A DNA stretch of 60,458 nucleotides, counting the filler, from Bipalium vagum (taxonomy: Eukaryota), in NCBI GenBank assembly GCA_037834085.1. It is 3 parts of 3 records of this genome, joined end to end, with 100 filler letters (N's around TTAATTAATTAA, not from the genome) between each part and the next. Parts side by side here need not be neighbours in the genome. Positions count along the whole stretch, not along the records: positions 1 to 17,850 come from JBBMKC010048887.1; 2 more parts are not named here. One strand, written 5' to 3'. Every line of letters starts with the position of its first letter. Position 1 is the first letter of the stretch. The position numbers and the translations under genes are program-made. Below the pieces are notes generated by a model, which saw nothing but the letters and a program-made list of their open reading frames with translations, was not told where the DNA came from and ran no database searches. Positions 1 through 13,399 of this stretch are shown piece after piece.

Positions 1-905
1 TCTAGCTTCAATTGTACACAGGTTGTTTCTTTCATTGTCTTCTTCTTTCATGGTCTTCTTCCACTGCAACTCTAAACAAAATTTTGTCAAAAGATCAATA
101 CCTCCAATCACGTCAGGAGCAATTGTATCTGCAACTATGAAACGATTTTTTTCTATTTTCTCATTTATCTGTACAGTCGTCATGATGCTCCCTAAGATAT
201 CTAATCTACTATTGTTTGCGCACCGAAGATGTTCACCTGTTTATTCTAATTTGATGTCTCTGAGGGATTTATAAACTCTCCGGCTCAAAACATTTACTCT
301 TGCTCCTTATCCAACAAACATTCATATTTTTGGCCCTTAATTCTCATAGACATTAATTCAAATGTTATTTCTGATCTTCTTTTAACTCCAATTGCACCAA
401 TACCCTGTGTTGTCTGTCCCTTCTGCCATGCTCCTTTAAGAAATTTTAAAACTTTGCCCTGCATCTTCTAGTCCTCACTAGCTACGGTTTGGGAATGGTC
501 CTCAAATGTCAACACATGGCTCCAATCATCTCCCCATCTAATGGAGCCCGAACTTTTGGGTCTTCATCTTCAATATCTCTAAGAACACTCATGTTCTTTC
601 TGTAATCGTCCGAAACCTGATGTTCCCAAACAGGTTGCAAAACGAAAATAAGGAGTATAAAAGCTATTATTTTCATCTTCAAATTTGACAAGATTGTTAC
701 ATGGAAATTGAGAGAACATAAAGGTTTAAGACAATTCTCCAATGATCAGATTTTACTGATTAGATCTTATTAATTCAGTTAACATTTGAAACAACACACA
801 ATTTAAGTGTTAAATTCAATTTTAGTAATCTCAATTAAATCAAATCCAGATTTTGGTCTCTTTTGCTATTCACCATTTCTCCTACTTATTCACTCGACTC
901 TAAAG
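1..905 (-). mobile_element. Degenerate Ty3/gypsy LTR retrotransposon fragment (3' part of 5' LTR, truncated gag, aspartic protease)
   Basis: Minus-strand translation of ~340-60 gives KGQKYECLLD/GARVNVLSRRVY...LRCANNSRLDILG...FIVADTIAPDVIGGIDLL. This is the retropepsin D(T/S)GA and GxD motif pair, with a frameshift at the active site and one stop. A probable LTR end (...CATGTAACA) lies at 695 on the minus strand; boundaries are approximate. Confidence 0.75.
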
Positions 906-949
906 GTAAAGAATCTATTTTTTCATATATAGAGCCTCCTCAATCTTTA

Positions 950-1606
950 CATACATTTACATATGGACACCACTTCTAGTCTCCAGTGACAATCCGATGG
1001 AGAATTTTTGAATTGCGACCATCAGTGGCTCTATGATGCGCAAATAAATTTGACGGAATTTTAAAGCGCTGATTTTTTTGTTTTCTGAAACACTTCTGAA
1101 AACACTCCTATCTTTTGAACTTTTCCCATTTATACTAAGTAACGACAGATTTTCATTTGGTTGCATTTCATTTGAACGGTCAACTCATTAGTGCTTTGTA
1201 GTCCTTTTCCTTTCAAAAGTGCGTTTAAATGCTCAAATCAAAGTCAGTAAGTCGCCAGAAAGTATTTCGTCTTGTAGTGAGAATGTATCACTCTTAAATT
1301 TTCAAAACCATTTCTGAGCTGTCCGCTCGCTTATGACACTTTTTCCATATACATCACAAATTTCCCGAGCCGCTTATGCAGCTTTACAAAAACGAAGCAA
1401 AAACCATCAGATGTTGGTCATGTACATTTTTATCAAAAAATTCCATAGTTCAATTTAAAATATCCGCAAAGTAAATATTTTAAATTAAGTCATTAAAACA
1501 AAATGATATACAATTTCAAAACACTCTTAATACTTTGTTAAATACAACCAGAATTGGGACAAAAACCAGATTTGAATAAAACGAACGAACTTGTGCTTCA
1601 ACCTAA
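950..1606 (-). mobile_element. mariner transposon, 5' half (pseudogenised)
   Basis: TIR ttaggttgaagcacaagttc ends at 1606. Minus-strand MEFFDKNVH...AAREICDVYGKSVISERTAQKWF (HTH) and FLHRIVTGD*KWC (first catalytic Asp motif). Confidence 0.9.
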
Positions 1607-3014
1607 TTTATTAATAATTGTGATTAATTACAAAAAAGATTAATTTTTATTTGTGCAGTGTTCTCAAATAAAAGTATAAAATAGATTTTGTCTTGATTTC
1701 ATTGATTTTTTCAATTTTCCATAGTATTTTCATGAGTCAAAATTAATAAATCATTTATTATTTTATATTTTTTAATAATAATTTAAAACATTTTAACCTT
1801 CGGCTTCATTATTTATAATAATTCAATAAAAAAATTTTCCCTTAAAGATTTATACTTTTAAAGATTAGGTTTTAATAGACTGGTACCCAATATTCTATTA
1901 TACTATACTATATCAACATTTCATATGTACAACAGAAAAATCGAAAATCTTCAAATTTTATATTTTTTTAAATTCAGATTTAATTATAAAATAAAATATT
2001 ATTTTTATGATAATAACAGAGAAATATAATAATCATGCATCTGTCAATATTAAATGCGTGACTTCATATAATTTATTTATAAAATATAATTATGTAAAAT
2101 TTTTAATGAATGTTACAGAAAAAACAAAATGAAATTCGATAATAACACTCAAATTATTATTCGTAATAATTATATTATTATTGAACAATTTATGTCGTAT
2201 ATCTAATCCAGATTTTCAAAAATCCCTATAGGTTAATTAATTTCTATTACTATAAAATTATTATTATTTTATAGTAATAATATAAATTATTTTTTTCAAA
2301 TTCTGTGATTTAGGTTTTTATTTGTTTAAATGAATTATTTTGAGATATACGAATTTTGAAAATATATTTTTATCACAAATTTATTATTTATATATTTTTG
2401 AATTAAATTTTAATTTTTTACATTATAATGAGAATTAACACAAACAAAAAATGTTAAAATTAATTTTTTATATATGACAATCTTTGAAAAGAAAATAAAT
2501 AAAAGATCCTTAAAGCATTGATTTAAACTTATGCAATCAGTAATAATCAAAAACTGTGTTTTCTATCATTTAATCTAATTCATGGTAATAGTGTGATTTT
2601 TAGACTATGTAACCTACAGGAAAGCCAAGCTCACAATCGGAGCTACTATCCGTTACGTCCACAACTGTTTATAAATCATTATAACATGACTATTATAATG
2701 ACAAAAGCCTTAGATGTCGACATTAGTGTGACACCAGTGGAACTGAAGATTTCACTCCAACTCACATTGATCATAAAAGTACATATAAGCAGATAAATAC
2801 ACAAAAATAGATTTCTATTTTATCTTTGTGTAATAAAAGGAATATTTTTCATAAATAGACAAAACACCAATTATGATTATCTATTTTCAACTACTAAATT
2901 AAAATGCAAAATTTATTCAAGCAATAATCAATCACAAATCGATTAAAATGATGGTTTGTTTGGCGATAATTTAATTCTATGATCAATTTTTTATACTATA
3001 TAATTAAATTTTAC

Positions 3015-3735
3015 AATGAATGAAGTAAATCAAACTGAAGATCTAAAGCAGCATTTATCTTATTTTTTTATTGAAAAAAGATAAATGAGGCAGAATCGAA
3101 ACGTGACTTTTCTATCAACTTTGTTTCTTGTCACAAAATGTTTGTGAGCTTCTGTTCTAGGAATTTCAGTCTCCAAGATAGTGCCAAAAAGTCACTCTGT
3201 TTTCATTGATAACGGAAAAATCTTGGCCAGAGCTTTGGTTCCGAAATGCTTAAAATTATTTTTTGATGAAAAAAAGAATATTTGTCTCTAAAAAACTTTC
3301 CGAAAAGAACTTTTCTGATCTGATTACGGTCTGTAATTCTCTCTTAAAATTGTAATTTTTTTTAAATTTCCAGTGATCATGGTGTGTCCACTTTAATCAT
3401 CTTAAATACTTGAATAACCAGTTTTTCATCTCAGGAATAAAACTAAAGGACCTCAGTTGGGAAGCAATGGTACTCGCTAAATCTAGCTACTTCGAATTTT
3501 TGTCTTTACAAATCGCTTTAAAATAATCTGGACAAACAACAACTTCATTTAATTGAGGATGTCAAAAGTATACAGACAATTTTTCGCAGATTAGCATCAA
3601 AGTTTATAAATTTAACCTAACAAGCTTACCACAAAGTCGGAAAAAAATAATCGAAAACAATGATCAATATTTTTGTGAATAAAAATAAGATTTATATATT
3701 AGAATATCGTCTTTAAATTTTGATGAAAGTAATGC
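3015..3735 (+). mobile_element. Highly decayed mariner remnant
   Basis: C-terminal ...KIIENNDQYFCE* at ~3645-3682 matches the mariner KLxxRWxKVIENNGxYF end, followed by a decayed TIR-like sequence near 3735. Confidence 0.6.
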
Positions 3736-4665
3736 AGAACATATTTGACAACTAATTCGTAAAAGTGATAATAATAAAATTATTGGGGCACTTAATATCC
3801 ATACCGAAGAAAATTGGTATCAAATTTATTTTAACTAATTTAAAACTTTGATTAATTTTAAAGAACTATGATACATGGTTTTCAGAAATATTTAATCCTC
3901 TTTTTCAAAATATTTAATCCTTCACAAAAAATTCACAAGTAAATATCGATCTAATAATTGAAATTTCTGTAAAATTTGGTAATTGATGTACAAAGATAAA
4001 TTTTTTTATGGAAATAGGAGTATTTTATTAGGGAATTTTAAATCGTAAAAATATACCATTTAATTTTTTTTTTCATTTTGTTTTTATTAATGGATTAAAT
4101 ATTTCGGAAAACACTGTAAATGATAATTGTTCTTCTTGGAACGGTCAGGTAGGATTTTGTAAGTCATCCTTTTGCAAACACTAATGAAGATTCGTATATA
4201 TTTCTTTTACAAAACAATAGTCTTGCAGAAATACAAAATATATCGCTGAAGTCTCTGTAAAAGACATTTTCCATAGAGGAGTAAGAATAAAAATCTCAGT
4301 AACAACGATGTTGATTGAAAATGAAAATAATACTTTATTTTCTAGTTGAGATTGTAAGTATAAATGTCATTTACATATACATATGCTACATAGAAGCATT
4401 AAATATCAATGAATCTATCTTAAACATAAACGACTCCGAAACTCACCACTACAAACAAATATTAAGTACAAATTACCAAGATATGAATATTGTCAAGTCT
4501 CCTGGGTGGGAGGACAGTCAAGGAGTGTGGGGTATATAATAAGTGATAATCATAAAAAGTCCGTGGAATGACGCTGGCGTAAATATTGCTAAGCATATCA
4601 GTTCACATTGTGAGTATTTCCTCGTCTTACAAAGATCACTTGGTATTTATTTTATGCAAAGCATT

Positions 4666-5086
4666 CTAAATAACACTCGCAGATCCTGCAGTACTTCGGT
4701 TATTGAATTCCAAAAGTCTGTTGACATCTTCTTCGGTGCCGGTTATTTTGGCTTGTCTGAAGTTTTTCCAAAGCGTTGCTGTGACATCTAAAGCGATCAA
4801 ATCGCTGGCTATTTTCGATACCAATTGTAGTATGAAAATTCCATCTGGTCCAAGATTGATGTTGACGAACCTGGCACAATCTCTCTCTTCAGTGCTACTT
4901 ACCATTTTCAGAGCTTTCAAATACTGTTTAATATATTGGACCCGTCGCATAGGAATAAGAGTATTAATAATCCATTGAAGAGTGCTAAGAAAGGTCAGTG
5001 AGCCAAGAATGAGAAACCAGAACCACAAAAAGATGTAAATCTTTTCGATGAAGTGATTGATTGGCAGTACACACTGAAGGGTATAG
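4666..5086 (-). CDS. inx: Innexin (invertebrate gap-junction protein), last coding exon only
   Basis: Acceptor ttataatatttcAG at 5087-5088, then YTLQCVLPINHFIEKIYIFLWFWFLIL (second extracellular-loop Cys plus TM4 signature) and ...LGPDGIFILQLVS...DLIALDVTATLW...SVI, ending TAG at 4666. Upstream exons were not found in this contig. Confidence 0.95.
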
Positions 5087-6649
5087 CTGAAATATTATAA
5101 AAATGTATTTAATTGATAATAATAATGTTCTGGTGATTAGGGGAAACATGTTTATTTTCAATTAATATAATGTATCAGTAGGTTAAATATGATTTTTTGT
5201 TTTATTGAAAAATTATTTAATTTGGTTAGCTGAAAACGAAAGTGAGCTCTGAACAAAACGAAAACCATTAAAGTAAGCATTCTGGAAAGTAATGGTAATT
5301 ATTGAGTATCGAGTTCATATAAGATCAACTACGCTGACCTTCAGGGGAAAGGGGAGTCATTTGTCAAATATTTTTTAGTCGGATATAAAAATATAATAGA
5401 AAGGGTTTCTTGAGAGTACTGACAGCAACTGTTTTTGAAGTCATTCATAGTCAAATGTCAAACAAGGTCAGTAGTGAAAAAATGAAGAATAAAACGAAAT
5501 GAAAGTTTAAAATACGCAGACTGAGGAATACAGTAAGGCCAGAAAAACAATGAGATTAAAAAAATATTTTTCGAAATTCATTGCGATACTTCAAAAGAAT
5601 TTTCAAATTGAAATAAATTAAAGTCTTTTAATTAATTAAAATAAATTTTTATTTTTGAAAATTTTTTTCATCAACTTTTTTTATTTCCTCTTAATTTTAA
5701 CCATTTTTATTTCCTATTAATTTCATATAATATTTATGATTAACCTATCACATTAATAATAAATAATAATCATAAATAATTAATATCACTCAACGTCTTT
5801 AGTTATTTCGACAGAACATTTGTTTAAATATTCGAAATATTTTGGCAAAATTTAAAGTTTCAATCATTTTTTTATTTCATAATTTAATATAACTATTGAT
5901 AATCCATTTTCAATGACTTCAATAAAAACCCAGAAAAATGTTTATAAAATTAATCATGCATTTATTTTCTAAAATCAAAATGGAATCAATTTTTTTTATA
6001 TAAAGTATAATAATGTATTTAAAATTAAAAATAAATAAATTAGGGTGATTATTATATTATTAATTTCATTATTTTGTATCAACATGTTTGTTAGTAAAAT
6101 AAGAAAATTATGTAGCGAAATAAGTTATAAGAAAATTATGATTGGATAAAAAGTCTCTTTTTATAAAAATCTTCCAAAACTTTTAATAAATATTAATAAA
6201 AAATTAGTAATATAATTAAATATTGTTAATATTCTTGTGTTATATTCTTATAGTTATATTCTTGTGTAGTCATTTTTAAATAATAATTCAAAGTCGAAGC
6301 AATAATAATAATATATTTCATTAAATCTGATTAACCAAACGAACTTTTCAAAGTTGGACCTCACCTTTTATTAAAATTAAATTATTTACTTTTTAAAAAA
6401 TTAACCAACATTTATTTAAAATATTTATTTTAAAATTTTAAAAAAGTAACATTATAATTTTTAAAAACTTAAATTAAAAACATTTAATAATTTTTAATTA
6501 TGGCGTAAGGTCCTTATTTAAAAAAATTCAAATAAACTAATTCTTCGAATCACTCCTTATAAGTAATATTAATAAAGCGCGAAGAATATATTTCACCAAT
6601 AGTATACATTTGACAAACAGGCCGGCAGGTAGCATTTATTAAAAAACAC

Positions 6650-7450
6650 GAAGAAACACTTACATGTATCATACGACTAATAATTATTAATAATGTGATA
6701 ACTCCTCTTATTAGATGCACATTCATTGATCCTGATCGGGATAGATTCAATTAAATTGTTGTATTTTACGGCTGAAATTCATTTGATAGCTCACTGAGAC
6801 GCTGGGGAAGTTTCTGTATAGTAACTGGTGGATCATATGATGAAAACACACATCTGTCCAACACACATCCTACCATAAATATCCTATAGTGCTTAAATTT
6901 GCCCATGGAAGAATTACTATTCCGATTTCGTATAGGGCATTTTCTAAGAGAGATGCGGTATGTGCTCTCGCATTATAGTGCATAAATACTAAGTTTGGTG
7001 TATGTGAGAAACAGAGAAAAAACATACATATTTTAAGTTTCCCCAATGTATCACTCTTCATTCTGAACTCCATCAATAAAAAAATCTCATAATACACAAT
7101 TGTATTCCAATACACTTGGCACCACATTAAACAACTATATAGGTGAGAAAGTGATAGGAGAATTGTAATCAATGGTCGTCTAAAGTGGTAGCCAAATTAT
7201 TGACCAAGTCGATTAAGTGTTACTATAGAAATTTTCACAGCAAACTGGCAGCTAGAATTGAATATGGAACATATCGATTATTTCTTAAGCTTTTCACAAT
7301 TATTCATTTATTTCTATCGATAGTCACATGTGGCCTGCCTTGTCCGGGAATGTTGTCTCATAAATTTTCGGATTTCCATTTATTCCAGGCGCATTGGACA
7401 GTACATCCTGGATAGCCAACATTGGCTTCAAATAAATCAAATCCCTTAAT
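6650..7450 (-). mobile_element. Tc1-like transposase remnant
   Basis: Minus-strand FMHYNARAHTA (decayed FQQDNARPH), ILPWANLS (LPWPxxSPD) and HPPVTIQKL C-terminal motif. Confidence 0.6.
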
Positions 7451-7744
7451 GAAGCATTGATGGGACTTTGTTCTTATTTCATGTCTTTTACTTTTCGTCT
7501 TTTCTATTATTTGGGAATTGATACATTACAACCTTACTGGTTAGGAAATAAAAAATTAATATATTGAATTTAAAAATAACAGATAAATGAAACATTTCCA
7601 TGTATTTATTTTCTTAAGATGTTTTATCTGCCTAAGACTTATGAACATGAGTATACATTTACCATTTTATAATATAATAGCAAATTAAATTACAGACCAA
7701 GCTCGATATTTTACCTCCATTAAATTAACTGTATTTTAAATATT

Positions 7745-8082
7745 ATTCGACTGGATCGAAGTTCTTATCCGTCCAGCTTACAGTCCCGATGTCGCACCAT
7801 CTGACTATTGACTTTTTCGCTCAATTCAGCTCTACCTGCAAGGTAAGCGGTTCAAGTCAGTGGATGAAGTTGAAGAAGCATGCAATGATTTCTTTCAATC
7901 AAACCCCGGGGAATGGTATTTCAATCAGATTAGGATGCTTGCAAATCGGTGGGAGAACATTTTCAGGTATATCGGACTTTACTTTGAAAATGAGAGTCCA
8001 CTGTTTTTGTATCGTTTAATAAATTTTTATTATAAATTTAATTTTTCTGTAAATGCTGCAGAACTTATGCCCTAATCTAATA
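7745..8082 (+). mobile_element. mariner 3' end with TIR
   Basis: WIEVLIRPAYSPDVAPSDY*LFRSIQ, then EVEEACNDFF...LANRWE...GLYFE. TIR gcagaacttatgccctaatctaata. Confidence 0.88.
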
Positions 8083-9699
8083 AAATAATTCGAATATCAA
8101 TATCCGTCATCTTGATGTCACTGAAAACGAAATCAACGATTAGATCAACGAGGATCGTCACGAAACAACGCGTAACAATGTACTGAAGCTGAGCGTATCA
8201 CATGCAATCATCAAAAGCTGTATCAAATATATATGGGTTACGTGAAAAAAATCGAGTTATGGGTTCCTTTTCAAATCCAGGTATTTGTTAATTTTAATTT
8301 GCTTTGACGTCATCTTAGGCTGATAATCATGACAAGAAAGTTATGATATAGTGGGAAAGGTCTGAGGAGTTTTATTTTATTTATTTTCTTGAAAAAAATA
8401 ATCCGTTTATTAAGGTCAAATTCTGACAAATCATTATTAAGCTAAATTTAGTTACATTAAAACAAATATATAGAATTTTCTAAAATTACAAGTTTTATCT
8501 TTTAACAGCCTTTTTTCTCAAACTCAAAGTTCCATTATGTTTATTTTCTTAAAATTATCGAATCGCTCTGGCATACAAAAATATTTCAATAATTTAAATA
8601 AGGTTTTCGGAACAATATCAAATTGTAAAGTGTTATAATTAATAAATCATGTAAAATGCGGACAGAAGTAGCCTTTGTCTTCTTAAAATGTGTGGCAATA
8701 ATCTTATTAAACATGTACGATGATATATCATTACGACTACAGGCATAATATTATTTATATTATATTATATTATTTTATTTTGTTGAAATATACCAAGAAT
8801 TTCTCGACTCAATTATACATGCTTCAGTAGACTTGCGATAGCTGGAAGCTATACAAAGTATAGATCATTTATGAGCAATTATAATATGCAAATGAGAAAA
8901 TATAAATTCATACAAAACCTCTATATATATATAAAGTAGACAAAAATCTATTTAAATTCTCCGATCCTCACATTGAGAGTATCTAATCTTCAATTTTTTA
9001 TTTATTACTTTGCTTTTTTTGTTTTAAAGGACCTTTTCTTAATATAGAGAAAGAGATATTTTCCGAGTAGGTTGGTCTCAATTTTGGAAAAGGGTACGAC
9101 GTTTAATCAAATTGACAAATCCTTAAAAAAGTATAAAATAAATTTATCGCTGAGAGCTAAGCCAAAATTTGATAATTCGAAATAAGTGCCAACCATCTGC
9201 AATAATTCTCAAAAATAAATAATTAAATTAATTATTTATGAAAAAAAAACCATAAATAATACTTGAAAATTAAGACTTGGACAAAAAGGATAAATTGATT
9301 CTGAACAGAAAATTTTCATTTAATAAATCAATGAAAAATGATTAATTATTCCTGAAAGTTGATTTTTTAAGTTATTATCAAATAAATAAATTATTATTAA
9401 ATTAATGTATTATTATATATATTTAAAAATAAATAATATAAATTTCGTTTAAAATTTAATTGAAAAATTAATTTAAATATTAATATTCAAATTAGAATCG
9501 TGACGAATTGATTATAAAAAAGCCAAAAAAATTAAATTGTTAATTTTCGTCATTAAAACAAATTGATAGTTTATGAAAAAAACAAAGATAGCATAATTTA
9601 TTAATTGTAGTGTGATTACGGAATTTCACATAATTAAAAAAGGATTTCAATCGATATTTTAAAAAACGTGCATTTAAACAAATTAAGAAGGGAAATTAG

Positions 9700-10395
9700 A
9701 AACTATATAAATATTAAATGTTCTGATAAAAATGTTTGGCTCTTATCAACTGTGCAATGCTCTCAGTCATCAAAAATATCTTTCGAAAAGTTTTTAATAA
9801 AGAAAGTAGACAGGTTTGATATATATTTGGGTTGATCCATATATTCTGTCGCGTTGTTTAAATTTATTAAATATACAACAAGCAAACTAATAAATTGATA
9901 AAAATAATTGATATATATGTATTTATTCCCAAAAAATTGATACGATTAGAAGTAGTAATTTGTGAGAAACGACCTGTAAGCCAACATTAAGTGATTTTGC
10001 TGCGTGAAAACGCTCGATCGTATACTGCTAAACTGACAAAATCAGTCATTGAGAAACTGGGTTGGAGATTCTATCTCATCCGGTATATTCGCCTGACCTC
10101 ACTCCAACAGACTTTCATCTCTATCGATCCTTGTCAAACAGTATAAATGGAATTTCCATTGAAGATTAATGTAAAAATGAAAAAAAATGGTCCGACGCAT
10201 TTTTTTCCTCAGAAAATGAAGATTTTTTAAACAACGAATCGAAAAGCTACCTCGTCATTGGAAAAATATAACTGATTAATTATGTTTGTTATTGTTGTAA
10301 ACCTGTTGTATTTGAATATAAGCATTGGATTGGTTTATTTAATTACATTTTATTGTATTTTATTGAGACAGACAGGATACATGCTTCAACCCAAT
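9700..10395 (+). mobile_element. mariner remnant, 3' half
   Basis: HPVYSPDLTPTDFHLYRSL at ~10077-10135. TIR-like ...atgcttcaacccaata followed by a TA run at ~10395, similar to the TIRs at 1606 and 39290. Confidence 0.8.
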
Positions 10396-10599
10396 ATATA
10401 TATATATATAAAGTACGATAGACGTCACACAACAATTTTTGAATAACTTTTATTAATCTGATATAATGGAATAAATGTTACAAATAATTTTACAATAAAA
10501 TTCAAATGATTTTTGCACTCTCCAAGTTGAAGGTTTAGTTCTTCCTTTCTTGCTCTACTCAATAATATTTCGTTTTAAGAGTAGTATTATTATTAATCA

Positions 10600-11115
10600 A
10601 GGCCTAAGGAAGAAATTAATGCTTTGATAATTGTTTTTTTCGATATTTGCGGTGTTGTGCATTATGAATTTCTCCAACCAGGTCAAATAATGAGTGCTAA
10701 ATATTATCTAGATATTTCGAGGCCACTACATCCAGTAGTACGCTTGAAAAGATTCGAAATGTGTGTAGAAAACTCCTGAATTTACCAGCATGATAAATAC
10801 TCAGTTCACAATTCGTTGTTTGTGTGTAACTTTTTGTGTAAACACTCGACCAATCCAATTAAACAAGCTCTATATACAACCAATTTTGTGCCCTGCGACT
10901 TTTTCCTTATTCGAAAATTGAAACATCAACCTCATGACCTTCGGTTTCAGTCGATTGAAGAGATGAAACAAAAAGCAAAGGAGATTCACAGACAAATACC
11001 CAGAATTGAATATGAGAAGAGCATGGAGGATTGGAAAAAACGTTGGAATAAAGTAGTGCATATTCTGTCTGAAGACCGTTACTTTGAAGGAGACAATACT
11101 AATACTTGTAAATAA
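10600..11115 (+). mobile_element. mariner remnant (catalytic domain)
   Basis: FFDICGVVHYEFLQPGQ, then PCDFFLIRKLK...RFQSIEEMK...WKKRW...YFEGD. Confidence 0.85.
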
Positions 11116-11567
11116 AAATATAATGATGAATCAGTTGTGTGTCATTTTCATTTTTGGATATTCTTGGGATCTTTTGAAAACAGTAGGAAAAACGTTAATC
11201 TAGGGAGCATTTGTTCTATTTCGATAATAAACTATTTTCCATAATAAATTTTATTTATTAAGTCGACTGAAATATATATCGATATTGTTCTTTCAGTTCT
11301 TTCAAACTGCTTCCAACTTTAATATTTTCATCTGAATCTTTTTTCAAATGAAACAATATTCGTGATAATAAAAGAAGATTTCGATGACATATTAAAGGTA
11401 GCCGAAGATATTAATGAGCAAAAATCGATACATGTATCAAAATATTGAATATAAATGTTTACGTTCAAAATAGTTTATTAAGAAGCATTTATTATTATAA
11501 TTATTATTCATTTATTTATTATTAATATTATTGATTATCATTACTTTTATTTTTTTATTAATATTAT

Positions 11568-11736
11568 NNNNNNNNNNNNNNNNNNNNNNNNNNNNNNNNN
11601 NNNNNNNNNNNNNNNNNNNNNNNNNNNNNNNNNNNNNNNNNNNNNNNNNNNNNNNNNNNNNNNNNNNNNNNNNNNNNNNNNNNNNNNNNNNNNNNNNNNN
11701 NNNNNNNNNNNNNNNNNNNNNNNNNNNNNNNNNNNN
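11568..11736. other. Assembly gap (169 N)
   Basis: Run of N without the TTAATTAATTAA spacer, so probably a true intra-scaffold gap. Confidence 0.95.
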
Positions 11737-12784
11737 AATTTTAAAAGTTTACAGGGTTTTTTTTCAGAAAAAAATTATTTTCAAACTTTTAGAAATTAAT
11801 TTAAAAATTTCAGGTTTTAGTAATTCGATCTTGAGTTATATTTCTCAGCCGATATTTTAATTGATTAATTTAATAAATAATTTTTAGAAAACTTTTTAAT
11901 ATTTATATATGAAGATTATATAATTAAATAATTAAACAAGTGTAAATAAGAAATATTTATTTTTATCATTATTAAAAGAGTGAGAAGGGTAAAACGAGCA
12001 TCCATTAGGAAAGAGATTGAATTTTTTCAAAAATAATTTCTCCCCATAATGTTAGCCTACGAGCTGCTCCCGATGAGATGACAACGGGTACTGGAAATAA
12101 ATCAAAATAAACCCAGTACTGATCAAACTGATAAACTTAAAGATAAACCGGAAATTTATCAGATGGAACTACAGGAAAATACTATCGGTCCGCCTACGCC
12201 TAAAAGAAACTTCTGATATGAGTATATATTTATATTTATATTTATATATCTAAGTTTCCCATCCGCAAATGTAATGGAAAATATTATATTTATAAACAAA
12301 TAAAATTTCATCCCGAACTCACAATTATGGGAAAATCTGAAATGATGAAAAGTTTATTTTATTTTTCACAGCGCCCTGCCTTTCTTTTTTGACGTTTTGT
12401 CATTTTCTTAAACTACTCAAATTAATAATATAAAATTTTGAAAATTCCCATTTAAGATATGATATCAGTAAATGATTTTGGCAGGTATAAGTCAAAATAA
12501 TCTAATTTTGTTAATTTCAGAAATCTTTAAAAAGTTTGCCAATATTAATGATAGCAACATAAATTTTATTTTCTGATTATATATTATATTTTTAAAAAAT
12601 ATTGTATATATATATATATATTGAAAAATAATTTTAAAAAAATTTTTTAAAGATTAAAAAAAATAATATTTTTAAAGTTTTAGAATTAAACAAGTTTTTT
12701 ACTTTTATCCAATAATAATGGAGATAATATTTTTAAATCATGATAGTGATATCATTTGAAGATAGACGTCAAAGAGGAATAAAA

Positions 12785-12826
12785 TGACTGAAAAAGATCT
12801 GAAAGAAGAGATCGAAACATGTTTCA
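12785..12826 (+). ncRNA. Degenerate minimal hammerhead-ribozyme-like motif (Penelope pLTR type)
   Basis: tga-CTGAAAA-A-GATCT-gaaagaag-AGATC-GAAA-CATG-TT-tca: perfect 5-bp stem II, palindromic CATG stem III and 3-bp stem I. Core G8 is replaced by A. An AATAAA follows ~15 nt later. Confidence 0.5.
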
Positions 12827-13399
12827 AGATAGAAGTATAAATAAAATTTTGCGTGTTCGAAAATGTTTTAATTGTTTAATGTTTAAAAAGCGTGTACTTA
12901 AAACATGTACGTATATTAATATTTTATTATACTATATATTATTTTTCAAGAACACGCCGTTAATGTGTTGATAGCAAAATCTGTTTAAACATTTATTATT
13001 ATAAAACATATTTCGAACTTTTATCAGTCATTAATATTTGATATTCTACATTATTTAAACATTATATTTTACCGTCACTTAACTAACCAAAATGCAGAAT
13101 TGAAATAAAATTATATATATATATATATATATAAAATTATAAAATTATATATATAAGACTAATTAAAAATAACACACATAAAATAAACTAATTATAATAT
13201 TACTAAAGTGGTAGATTATGAAAAATATATTTCAATTTCCTACAAACTTGGAATCTTAAATATTCGAACATCTGAAAATTATCTTCCATTTATTGACCAA
13301 TTTATAAAAATTTTAAATAAAATTAATCAATAAATGTATTATAGATTATTTCATTAAATATTAATAAATTTAGTAGCACTTATTTAAATAATAGGAATT

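Noticed and set aside
2245-2279. 14-bp perfect inverted repeat
   Set aside because: Almost all A/T in low-complexity sequence; plausibly chance or slippage.
4504-4532. G-run cluster (possible G-quadruplex) in the innexin 3' region
   Set aside because: Only three runs of three or more G, and they are on the strand opposite the mRNA.
4543-4978. Plus-strand ORFs overlapping the innexin
   Set aside because: Antisense shadows of the real exon, with no motifs or splice support.
11531-11860. 109-aa ORF
   Set aside because: Open only because it reads through the N gap.
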